Shown one piece after another: positions 18,801 to 26,849 of a DNA stretch of 38,864 nucleotides. This stretch comes from an uncultured Bacilli bacterium (lineage in GTDB: Bacteria > Bacillota_I > Bacilli_A > RF39 > UBA660). Position 1 is the first letter of the stretch. Every line of letters begins with the position of its first letter. The notes below the pieces were generated by a model. It made no database searches. It saw only the letters and a program-made list of their open reading frames with translations, and had not been told where the DNA came from. Location of the stretch: NCBI GenBank assembly GCA_947627385.1, contig CANQVV010000001.1, forward strand, positions 1 through 38,864, written 5' to 3'. A program made the position numbers and the translations under genes.

Positions 18801-20439
18801 TATTATCTTCAACTCGATCTTCATTTTCTTTACGTGAATTATAAATTTGCTCTAAATAATAACATATTTCTTTATATTCATCATTATTAGTAGCAAAGAA
18901 ACGCATTCTTTTATCATCAGTAAATGTATGTGGAACATCTTTTAAAAATTTCCATTGATAAGCATTTTCTTCATTAGTTAAAATTATTATTTTTAAATCA
19001 TCATAACTATGATAAGCTAAAAGTTGAACAATTAAACGCCGCATATACTCTCCAGATAATTGTTCTTCACCAACAAGACTACTAATATAATTTTTAATAA
19101 AGGAAAAAGTTATTGGAACACTTGTTAAATTTTTAGGTTCTTGGCCTAATTTTAAAACCATTTCTTTCAAATTATCTTCATCTAATGTAAAGTGTTCATC
19201 GGGATACTTAATATCAATTTTCATTGGACAATTACCAATGCCTAAACTAACTTCTAAAAAATCTTCATCTTGAATTCTTTTTTGCCACAAAGTAACCCTT
19301 TTATTAATAATAATATCAACTATCTCTTCTATTTTGGGATATTTACGGTATAACATAATAGATTGTTCTTTAATAGCATTTGCAATTTGAATTCTTTTGC
19401 TTTCAATATATTCACTGTATTTTTCTTGTCTCTTTTTTTCTTGCTTTTTTTTACTTCTTTTTTCATAAAAACCAATAAATAATGGCCAAATAAATATACT
19501 AGCAAACATTGCTCCGCACATAATTAAAGATGGCAAAGCACGATCCATTGTCGTAGTACCATTCATTAAACCATTAACAGCTGTATACCCCGATACTAAG
19601 GATGTCATTGACATTGTAATCATCGGACCAATAGTTAATATAAAAGGACTATTTTGATTATCAGCCTTAGCCGGCGGTTCATCTATTTGTAATTCCAAAG
19701 ATTTAATTTCACTATCAAAACGTGGTTTCTTATGAAAATATTCTTTTTCATCATATAAAGCATATTCTACTTCTTCTTCTACTTCACTATAATCACATTT
19801 TGCCGGCAATAATTTATTAACTGCTGCTTCCTTAACTGTTATGTCATTTCTTTTTTGAACACCTAAATAAATAACTTGATTAACATTATCTTGAACAGCA
19901 ATAATAACTACTTTTATTCCTTGGCTAAAAATAACATCACCATAATTGACAATCTTTTGTTTATTAACTCTAACATCATTAACATATATTCCTGATGGAA
20001 TATCATAATCATAAACAACTAACTTATTATTTGTTCTTTTAATTAAAAATGTATTAGGAATATTTTTGCAATAAATGAAATTATCAGCATTATTGCCAAT
20101 GGCAATTCCATTGTCAATTAAACCAGATATATTATAATATAAATATTCATTTAAAATATTAGAACAATATAATAAAATAGTTCTATTTTCTTTTTGATTT
20201 TTAATGGTATAAAATTTACCTTCTTCTAAATAAACATATGGAAAACTATAATTATTATTATTAATAATATAAACTTCTTTATTACTTATTAACTTCCATT
20301 TCTTACCTTCGGGCTCAATTAAAATTAAATTTCTACTAATCCCACTAGCATCAGTATCAGAAATCCAATAACTACCAACATAAACATTTGGTAGTAGTAT
20401 ATTTTTAATCTTTTTATTATTGATTATTGATACTCGCAT
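15811..20439 (-). CDS. essC: Type VII secretion ATPase EssC/YukB (FtsK/SpoIIIE family)
   Basis: FHA-like N-terminus and two TM helices. D1 has HGPHGLIAGMTGSGKS, DYKGGG, DEFAELK and GRSLGVHLILATQKP; D2 has GASGSGKE; D3 is degenerate. Confidence 0.95.
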   Translation of the reverse strand: MRVSIINNKKIKNILLPNVYVGSYWISDTDASGISRNLILIEPEGKKWKLISNKEVYIINNNNYSFPYVYLEEGKFYTIKNQKENRTILLYCSNILNEYLYYNISGLIDNGIAIGNNADNFIYCKNIPNTFLIKRTNNKLVVYDYDIPSGIYVNDVRVNKQKIVNYGDVIFSQGIKVVIIAVQDNVNQVIYLGVQKRNDITVKEAAVNKLLPAKCDYSEVEEEVEYALYDEKEYFHKKPRFDSEIKSLELQIDEPPAKADNQNSPFILTIGPMITMSMTSLVSGYTAVNGLMNGTTTMDRALPSLIMCGAMFASIFIWPLFIGFYEKRSKKKQEKKRQEKYSEYIESKRIQIANAIKEQSIMLYRKYPKIEEIVDIIINKRVTLWQKRIQDEDFLEVSLGIGNCPMKIDIKYPDEHFTLDEDNLKEMVLKLGQEPKNLTSVPITFSFIKNYISSLVGEEQLSGEYMRRLIVQLLAYHSYDDLKIIILTNEENAYQWKFLKDVPHTFTDDKRMRFFATNNDEYKEICYYLEQIYNSRKENEDRVEDNSEYDKLYLIITDDLKKIRNFEIINSILESKKYLGFSLFILDRKVTNLPDQINNFIELYGEKAQLCNNANIEDNIQYNVDFSYQIDYETISKTLANIPIEFINNDEGQLPDVLRFLEMYDVGKIEQLNALNRWANSNPMLNLAAPVGYGKNGEKISIDLHEKYHGPHGLIAGMTGSGKSEFIITYILSMAINYHPYEVQFILIDYKGGGLAGAFENSSTGLKLPHLVGTITNLDTNEIKRSLASIESELKRRQALFNKAREKSGESTIDIYKYQKMYREKIVDEPVSHLFIISDEFAELKTQQPEFMEQLISTARIGRSLGVHLILATQKPSGVVDPQIWSNARFRVCLKVQDKSDSNDVIKCPDAALLKQTGRFYFQVGYNEVFVLGQAAWAGGNYIPTEKVNKTLDTSINFINNIGYPIKTKETREKKATNTVNLGEELLNIVKYLDNLAKEQNIKCNPLWLAKIPALIKVEDLANKYNYQKENYVINPIIGEYDVPNEQEQRLLTIPLTMEGNAAIYGASGSGKENFITTLIYSSMLCYTANELNFYIIDFGAETLKMFKDCPIVGDILASNDEEKTYNLFKMLNKTIEERKKLFADFGGDYLNYCRNSGLSVPSIVVVINNFDAYQENYSNLEDDLVILTRDCTKYGIYFVITVNSPNGVRFKLRQNFGLFYTLQQNNEGDYATVLGNVRKNYPANIYGRGLVKIDDIYEFQTALVCERDDIVKTVKSKCLEIAKISKTFAKPIVTLPEVVGYNDIASALGKGDELVVGIDKNDLEVVTYDFTKNYATIVTGLDTSILENFLNPLINQIVYLQKSLLYVLNMVEINIDENNKKYYKYYDTNINEIFTSLYNYVMENNEKYQNNNFDKSIFQNIKPITVLIIGVEEFKNVLNSSNKLKLDEIFNQGKNLGIINFILVDSIDGIKKIELDSWYRSNVNNTNGIWLGSGINDQFCLKVSQRLPEMREDVPDNFAFVVKRGKAQYVKIVEIFNIKGN

Positions 20440-20455
20440 AAGCCCTCTTCCTATT

Positions 20456-20713
20456 CTACATAATTATTATCTTAGTTCCATTATATATTTTAGCATCTTT
20501 TACATAAACATCATTATTATATTCAATGCCTGTCATTTGATCAAACATTCTAACTTCTTCCATTTTACGCAGATATATACCTGCTGATAAATCAGCAAGA
20601 CAATATAAAATATTCTTTTTTATTGTTCCAATTTTTTTATTATTGGGAATATATACATCATATTCACATTCTAGTTCTGGAACAGCCACGGTTACTAAAT
20701 ATTTATTTTTCAT
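20456..20713 (-). CDS. Ubiquitin-like EsaB/YukD family protein
   Basis: 85-aa beta-grasp pattern (YLVTV..YDVYIP...IYNGTKIII) directly upstream of essC; RBS AAGGGG. Confidence 0.75.
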   Translation of the reverse strand: MKNKYLVTVAVPELECEYDVYIPNNKKIGTIKKNILYCLADLSAGIYLRKMEEVRMFDQMTGIEYNNDVYVKDAKIYNGTKIIIM

Positions 20714-20766
20714 AAATTCCCCTTTTTTATTTAATATAGGCAAATAAACTGTTAATAAATAACAGT

Positions 20767-21921
20767 TTATTCAGCATTAGATTCAATATATTCAACTATT
20801 CTTTGATGTTTATCATATTCTTCGGTTTTATCAAGAAGTTCACTGACAATACCACTCTTTTCTTCATTATAGGTATCGTATAACTCATTTACTTTATTTG
20901 CAAAAGCTTGTTTCTCAGCTTCATTATTTGTTCCGTTATTATCAACAAATAATTGTTTATATTCTTGAAATAAAGCATTATCACTATATTTTTTACTAAT
21001 ATCCTCAAATGTTAACTTTTCTACTTCTCTAGCATTTGGATTAGTAAGAATTGGATCTTCTAATGAATAATGTATTCCTGTTTCATCAATATATGCATAT
21101 ATTGGTTTTGTTGGATCATAATTCTCATTTATCAATAATTGCAGTAAATCAACGGATGTATATTTATCTGAATTTAATGTTCTTAAAAGTTCAGTAATTT
21201 CATCTTGAATTTTTTCAATATAAGCTTTATATTCATCATAAGATTTAAAACTTTTTAGTAAATCTTGTAAGCCATTAATGATTAATAAAGTTTCAAGTTC
21301 ATAATTAACATTACTAAGATCTTTATATAACTTTTCTAGTTTATTCTCTAATTTTTCTTGTTCTGCTGGATCTGTTGTTTCTTCTAATAATCTTTTTACT
21401 TCTTCTATCTCATTTTCAATACCAGCAATATTATCTTCTAATGGTTTAGTATCTTGCAACATTTTCATTTTTGCAAACATTTCATCATATGGTGATGGAG
21501 TTACAGTTTGCTCTTCATTAGTAGTTGTAGTTGAACCACCACTGATAATTCCACCTACACTACCTAAACCACCAAAAGCTGATTGAATAGAGCTTGTTGT
21601 TGAATCAACACTTGTAAGATTAATATCATTATATGAATATTGAAAAGTATCTATATCACCAATTGTAGCAACAATATTACGTTCAATTTCTTGAACTTTA
21701 GCAATGTAGTCATCCAACCATTGAATTAACAAATTATAGCATTTTTGTGATTTTTGACAAGCTAAATCAATACCTTCTGTTATTAATAAAGAAACATCAT
21801 TTACATCAGACTTCATATAATTACTAAAAGCAGTATAACCATCATCGAATTTATTTTTTTCTGCGTAAATTTCATTTCTTATTTCTCTTAATTTATCTAA
21901 ATCTATTTTATAATGTGCCAT
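20767..21921 (-). CDS. Candidate T7SS substrate: WXG/LXG-like helical N-terminus, Ser/Thr/Gly linker, coiled coil
   Basis: MAHYKIDLDKL start, amphipathic helices, low-complexity linker STTSS...GGSTTTT; located in the WXG operon. Confidence 0.55.
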   Translation of the reverse strand: MAHYKIDLDKLREIRNEIYAEKNKFDDGYTAFSNYMKSDVNDVSLLITEGIDLACQKSQKCYNLLIQWLDDYIAKVQEIERNIVATIGDIDTFQYSYNDINLTSVDSTTSSIQSAFGGLGSVGGIISGGSTTTTNEEQTVTPSPYDEMFAKMKMLQDTKPLEDNIAGIENEIEEVKRLLEETTDPAEQEKLENKLEKLYKDLSNVNYELETLLIINGLQDLLKSFKSYDEYKAYIEKIQDEITELLRTLNSDKYTSVDLLQLLINENYDPTKPIYAYIDETGIHYSLEDPILTNPNAREVEKLTFEDISKKYSDNALFQEYKQLFVDNNGTNNEAEKQAFANKVNELYDTYNEEKSGIVSELLDKTEEYDKHQRIVEYIESNAE

Positions 21922-21936
21922 ATATACTCTCCATTA

Positions 21937-22410
21937 TCACTTAAAACCAAACGCATTAAACGGAAGCAAAGTATTTAATGTAGATTCAATGCTTCTTTGT
22001 TTATTTTTATAATTTATTAAATTATGAGAACTTGTAATACAAAGATTATTATAATATCTATAATAATACATAGAATCTTCATCATTTTTACCAATATATT
22101 GATCTCTCATTCTCTTGTAACTAGCCACATTATTTTCTTCCATGATTATTTTAGGATTTAAATCCTGCCACTTAGCAATTTCATCACAAATTGCCAATGC
22201 ATCACTAAGACTTATTTTAAAATTATTTAAAAATTCTAAATTTTTACTTAGACCTTCCATAAATGTTGTCTTAGCTAGTGATGAATTCCAATATGCTTCA
22301 CCCCCTAAGGCTTCTGAGGCATTAATTAACGATTCATAATTTATATTATTCATTAAGTTTGTGATTGCAGATTTTAATCCTGCTACATTTACACCACTAT
22401 AATACATCAT
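21937..22410 (-). CDS. Divergent WXG100-like protein with helical extension
   Basis: Central YWNS...AKTTF in place of WxG, helix-turn-helix pattern, strong RBS. Confidence 0.55.
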   Translation of the reverse strand: MMYYSGVNVAGLKSAITNLMNNINYESLINASEALGGEAYWNSSLAKTTFMEGLSKNLEFLNNFKISLSDALAICDEIAKWQDLNPKIIMEENNVASYKRMRDQYIGKNDEDSMYYYRYYNNLCITSSHNLINYKNKQRSIESTLNTLLPFNAFGFK

Positions 22411-22432
22411 ATTTCCTCCTATTAAAAATCAT

Positions 22433-22849
22433 TTAAATTTCCGGGTTTTTAGGTCCGCCAATTCCACTGCCAGGTGTGTAAGAATTAAAATCATTTTGAG
22501 CATAATTTTCTTCTGGAGATAAACTAGAAGAATCCACAAAATTAGCATCAGCCAAATCATTTACACCAGCCATAGTAGAATTGTCTACACTTTGATAATT
22601 TTGAAACATTTGTTGCAATGCACTGGCAGCTTCATATAACCCTCTAATATTTGGGTCATAGTGATTAATGTCAGCAAAAGTAATGGTTGCAAAATGACTA
22701 GCTGCTTGTCCACACCAATTGGGATAATCTAATTTTCTATAAATATCTTTAACAGAATTCAAATTATCTTCAATATTTTTAGTAAAATTATGGATCATTT
22801 CAACTTGTTCATATGCAATTCCATAATCACTTATATCAGTTTGATTCAT
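22433..22849 (-). CDS. WXG100 family protein with disordered acidic tail
   Basis: WCGQAA at the centre; YQSVD motif. Confidence 0.75.
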   Translation of the reverse strand: MNQTDISDYGIAYEQVEMIHNFTKNIEDNLNSVKDIYRKLDYPNWCGQAASHFATITFADINHYDPNIRGLYEAASALQQMFQNYQSVDNSTMAGVNDLADANFVDSSSLSPEENYAQNDFNSYTPGSGIGGPKNPEI

Positions 22850-22864
22850 AAATTTTCTCCTTTA

Positions 22865-23209
22865 CTATGCACTACAATTTTTAGCACCAAATTCTTGATC
22901 TAAACTTTCATAGTAATTTTTAACAATTACTAAATCATTGGCATGTTGATCAATTCTTGATCTTATATGATCCAGATTATACAATAAAAAATTTGAAGTT
23001 GATATAAAATTATCAGCATCTGGACCTTTCCATATATTAAATAATGTAGTATTTATTGCATAATCAATTTGGCCTTTATATTCTTGTAAGCTTTCTGATT
23101 TTACATTTAAATTTTCAATTGACGTTTGTATTACATCAGTGTCAATTTCAATTTTTCCTAAATTTACTCCTCCATCCATATTAGAGACAATATAATTTTG
23201 TCGAGCCAT
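22865..23209 (-). CDS. WXG100 family protein
   Basis: WKGPDADNF; YESLD motif. Confidence 0.8.
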   Translation of the reverse strand: MARQNYIVSNMDGGVNLGKIEIDTDVIQTSIENLNVKSESLQEYKGQIDYAINTTLFNIWKGPDADNFISTSNFLLYNLDHIRSRIDQHANDLVIVKNYYESLDQEFGAKNCSA

Positions 23210-23289
23210 TTTTTCACCTCTCTCCCAAAAATAATTATTTAATTATATTTGGGACAAAGTCCCTTTATAAATAAAGGGAAATAATTTTA

Positions 23290-23601
23290 TTATAATCCTG
23301 ATACAGCATTTTGAGATGCTTTATCAACTTTTTGATAGTTTTCAGATGCTGTTTGAATATATTTTGCATAACTTTCAACAGCTTCATTAAAAACATGGAA
23401 AGTACTAGCAAAAGAATCAAATTTTGCTCTTACTTCACTAGCAGCAGTTCCATCAAAAATACCACTACCATTATTAATTTCAGAAAAATAACTTTTTAAA
23501 GAATCAAAAGTTTCTATCATTTTTTGAGATTCTGTCAATAATTCAGCAGCAATTTGAGCTGCTCTATCATAATTTATATCAGTCATCATACCATTATTCA
23601 T
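23290..23601 (-). CDS. WXG100 family protein (FxG variant)
   Basis: 103 aa, central FDGTAA, YQKVD motif, RBS AGGAGGTG. Confidence 0.78.
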   Translation of the reverse strand: MNNGMMTDINYDRAAQIAAELLTESQKMIETFDSLKSYFSEINNGSGIFDGTAASEVRAKFDSFASTFHVFNEAVESYAKYIQTASENYQKVDKASQNAVSGL

Positions 23602-23624
23602 AATGTTTATTCACCTCCTAATTT

Positions 23625-23915
23625 TTATCTGTGTACCATACTTCTATTAGTATCTTGGGCATTTTGATACTCATTAGCAGTATTATGCATATAAGTTCCA
23701 AGTTCAGTTAATGTTTTATGAAATCTATTCATTTCCTCAGCTTGTTCATTAACTTTTGCAGAATAACTATCGATATCGCTACCTTTCCAAACTGTTTTTA
23801 ATTCAGCATTTTCATTAATTATTTTGTCTAAACTTGTTCTAAAATCAGCTGTACTAGATTCAACTTTACTAGCTAAACTGTGTAATGCTGATGAGTCAAC
23901 AACTAAGTTTGCCAT
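23625..23915 (-). CDS. WXG100 family protein (EsxA-like), first gene of the operon
   Basis: 96 aa, central WKGSD, RBS AGGAGGTG. Confidence 0.85.
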   Translation of the reverse strand: MANLVVDSSALHSLASKVESSTADFRTSLDKIINENAELKTVWKGSDIDSYSAKVNEQAEEMNRFHKTLTELGTYMHNTANEYQNAQDTNRSMVHR

Positions 23916-24013
23916 TAAATTTCACCTCCTTATTTTTATATTCTAACACTATCAACACTTTTCTATTCTTGCATTTAAGTGTCAAAACACTTCTTCTATC
24001 CTCCTATAATAAA

Positions 24014-24043
24014 ATTATAACGCGTGTTAATTTCTTTTGTCAA
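24014..24043 (-). promoter_or_regulatory. sigma-A promoter of the T7SS operon
   Basis: TTGACA-18-TATAAT about 100 nt upstream of the first WXG100 gene. Confidence 0.65.
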
Positions 24044-24059
24044 TTATTTTGCATTTTAT

Positions 24060-24480
24060 ATGTCAAGGAACAAAAGCAAATTGAATAAATTAATATTTAT
24101 TTTCATTTACTTTGATAAGCCTCACGGCTTATCTTTTCTGGTTCATAGGATTTCTCTCCTCCACAGACCATATTTCCGACAGTCACTGCCATACTTTTTT
24201 GATGTTTAATTTTTTTATTAATGTTTAATTTTGATATTTACCTTTATAGTACAATTAACACTTTTATCATATCATAACTAGTAAGTTTAGAATTATCTTT
24301 CTTCTTACTTAGCATTATATTATATACAAGTCTTGAACAACCTATTGTATTATTTATTAATTCTTGTTGTTTTAAACTTGGATACATTCTAAATTTGTAT
24401 GCACGATTAACTAACGTAACCATAACCTCCTGAACAATACAATCATATCATACAAACGAATGTATTTGTAAGTGCTTTTA
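24060..24480 (-). mobile_element. Internally deleted IS200/IS605- or IS607-type tnpB element
   Basis: Retains the tnpB 5' part and a 3' segment TATGGCAGTGACTGTCGGAAATATGGTCTGTGGAG...ATGAACCAGAA typical of tnpB 3' ends, followed by hairpins. Exact ends were not determined. Confidence 0.7.
24244..24423 (-). pseudogene. tnpB: Truncated TnpB (N-terminal HTH_OrfB_IS605 region only, 59 aa); not in the ORF track
   Basis: MVTLVNRAYKFRMYPSLKQQELINNTIGCSRLVYNIML...; RBS AGGAGG; no RuvC or Zn finger. Confidence 0.85.
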
Positions 24481-24525
24481 ACCAATTTTTTAACTTTCTT
24501 TATGATAAAAAAGGTATATTAGATT

Positions 24526-26304
24526 TTACTCTAATATACCTTTAATTCTTCTAACACCAGCACTTGATGATTCTTCTTTTACTATTTTAAAATGACCTAA
24601 TACACCAGTATTTTCGACATGAGGTCCGCCACATATTTCTTTGGACAAATTACCAATAGTATAGACTTTAACAATATCACCATATTTTGAATCAAATGTA
24701 CCATGAGCTCCTTCTTTTTTGGCTTGCTCATAAGGAATTTCTTCAAAAGTAACAGGGGTATTTGTCACAATCATTTCATTTACCCGATCTTCAACTTTTC
24801 TTTTTTCTTCATCTGTTAATTTATGATCACAATTAAAATCAAATCTTATTCTTTCACTAGTTATATTGCAACCCTTTTGCATAACATCAGGACCATATAT
24901 TTCTTGTAAAGTAGCTAAAAGTAAATGGGCCAAAGTATGATATTTAGTTGATTCTTCTGAATTATCAGCAAGACCACCTTTAAATGAACCAGCATCAATA
25001 GTTCTAGATTTTTCTTGATGTTCTTTAAAAGCTCTTTCAAATTCTTCTACATTAACTTCTAAATTATTTTCTTTGGCAAGTTCGATAGTCATTTCAATTG
25101 GAAAGCCAAAAGTATCAAATAATTTAAAAGCATCAGTACCACTAATAACATTACCTTCTAAATGTTTAATAGTTTTATAAAATAATTTTTCGCCATCTTT
25201 TAAAGTTTTACTAAACTTATTAAACTCATTAGTCATTTCTCTAAATACTACTTCTTTATTTTTAGATAATTCACTATAAACGCCTTGATATTCATCAATA
25301 TATATTTGAGCTAGTTCTGGTAAAACATTATCTGTAATATTTAATTTCTTTAAATGTCTAATCGTTCTTCTTAAAAGTCTTCTTAAAACATATCCAGCCC
25401 CAACATTACTCGGAGTTATACCATGATCATCTGCTAAAATAAAAGTACTTGTTCTTACATGATCCATAATAATTCGCATGCTTTGCGCATTTTCTTCATA
25501 AGAAACATTAGATAATTCCTCTAATCTTTTCTTAATCCCTGCAAAAATATCTGAATCATAGACACTAGGTAAACCATTTAATACACTAATAGTTCGCTCT
25601 AAGCCCATTCCAGTATCAACATTTTGTTGTTTTAATTTTGATAAAGTGCCATCTTCACTTTTATAATACTCCATAAAAACGTCATTCCAAATTTCTAAGT
25701 ATTTACCACAATCACAAGCGGGATTACATTCAGGTGAACATTTTTCTTTGCCAGTATCATAAAACATTTCTGTATCGGGACCACATGGACCAATACCACT
25801 ACCTAAAATCCAAAAATTATTTTTCTTTGGTAAATAAAATAAATGATCTTCTTCGACTCCTAAACTTTGCCAAATATTATATGATTCAGTATCTTTTGGA
25901 AAATCATCATCACCAGCAAAAACTGTAAAATATAATTTGTCTTTGGGAATATTTAAGTATTCTTCACTTGTCAAAAATTCATAACTATAAGTAATTGCTT
26001 CTTTTTTAAAATAATCACCTAATGACCAATTACCTAACATTTCAAAAAATGTCAAATGAGAAGCATCACCAACTTCATCAATATCACTAGTTCTAATACA
26101 TTTTTGGACATCGGTAAGTCTTTTACCCGCAGGATGACTTTCACCAAGTAAATAAGGCACTAATGGATGCATACCAGCTGTGGTAAATAATACCGTTGGA
26201 TCATTTTCTGGTATTAGAGATGCTGATGGAATAATTTTATGATCTTTTTCTTGATAAAAATTTAAATATAATTCTCTCAACTGTGCTGCACTAATCTTAT
26301 TCAT
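24526..26304 (-). CDS. alaS: Alanine--tRNA ligase, short (592 aa) form
   Basis: DPTVLFTTAGM, HLTFFEMLGNWS, DTGMGLER, editing motifs HTLAH and CGGPH, and AGVRRI; no C-Ala domain. Confidence 0.97.
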   Translation of the reverse strand: MNKISAAQLRELYLNFYQEKDHKIIPSASLIPENDPTVLFTTAGMHPLVPYLLGESHPAGKRLTDVQKCIRTSDIDEVGDASHLTFFEMLGNWSLGDYFKKEAITYSYEFLTSEEYLNIPKDKLYFTVFAGDDDFPKDTESYNIWQSLGVEEDHLFYLPKKNNFWILGSGIGPCGPDTEMFYDTGKEKCSPECNPACDCGKYLEIWNDVFMEYYKSEDGTLSKLKQQNVDTGMGLERTISVLNGLPSVYDSDIFAGIKKRLEELSNVSYEENAQSMRIIMDHVRTSTFILADDHGITPSNVGAGYVLRRLLRRTIRHLKKLNITDNVLPELAQIYIDEYQGVYSELSKNKEVVFREMTNEFNKFSKTLKDGEKLFYKTIKHLEGNVISGTDAFKLFDTFGFPIEMTIELAKENNLEVNVEEFERAFKEHQEKSRTIDAGSFKGGLADNSEESTKYHTLAHLLLATLQEIYGPDVMQKGCNITSERIRFDFNCDHKLTDEEKRKVEDRVNEMIVTNTPVTFEEIPYEQAKKEGAHGTFDSKYGDIVKVYTIGNLSKEICGGPHVENTGVLGHFKIVKEESSSAGVRRIKGILE

Positions 26305-26828
26305 TATTCTATTCCTTCCAAAAATTTAAATACTTTTTCTTTTAATGATTCTTTGGTATCATTGACTAAAATATAATCAAATTCATCATAATTTTCCAAA
26401 GCTGTTTCAGTAATATGTGATTGTTCTTCAAGCGTTAATTTACTTTGCGCAAATTGATTTTCTATATATATTGCATAAACATTATCATAGTTTAGCTTTA
26501 CATCTTCAATTTCTGCTGGAAGTCTTACTCCACTAATTACTAAATTATCGGTATATTCAGCATAAATTTTAATATCATCAATCATATTATTGATAAAATA
26601 TTTTTCATCAATGCTTCTAATTTTATCTCCTAATTCTTGCATATACTTTCTTGGCTTTGTATTAGGATTACCATCCCAATCAGTAAGTTCCATTGTAAAT
26701 GTTTTTAAAGTTTTACTATATTCTGTTATTACACATTTTTCTAACTTATAAATATAGTATTCTTTAATAAGTTTGGCTACCTCAGTTTTGCCACTACCAG
26801 CTTTACCAGCAATTAAAAATATTCTCAT
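26304..26828 (-). CDS. P-loop kinase, dNMP-kinase/phosphomevalonate-kinase-like
   Basis: GKAGSGKT, RKYMQELG..IR and SHITETAL motifs; stop overlaps the alaS start (TAATG). Confidence 0.6.
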   Translation of the reverse strand: MRIFLIAGKAGSGKTEVAKLIKEYYIYKLEKCVITEYSKTLKTFTMELTDWDGNPNTKPRKYMQELGDKIRSIDEKYFINNMIDDIKIYAEYTDNLVISGVRLPAEIEDVKLNYDNVYAIYIENQFAQSKLTLEEQSHITETALENYDEFDYILVNDTKESLKEKVFKFLEGIE

Positions 26829-26849
26829 CTAAATTCCTCTTCTTTCTAA

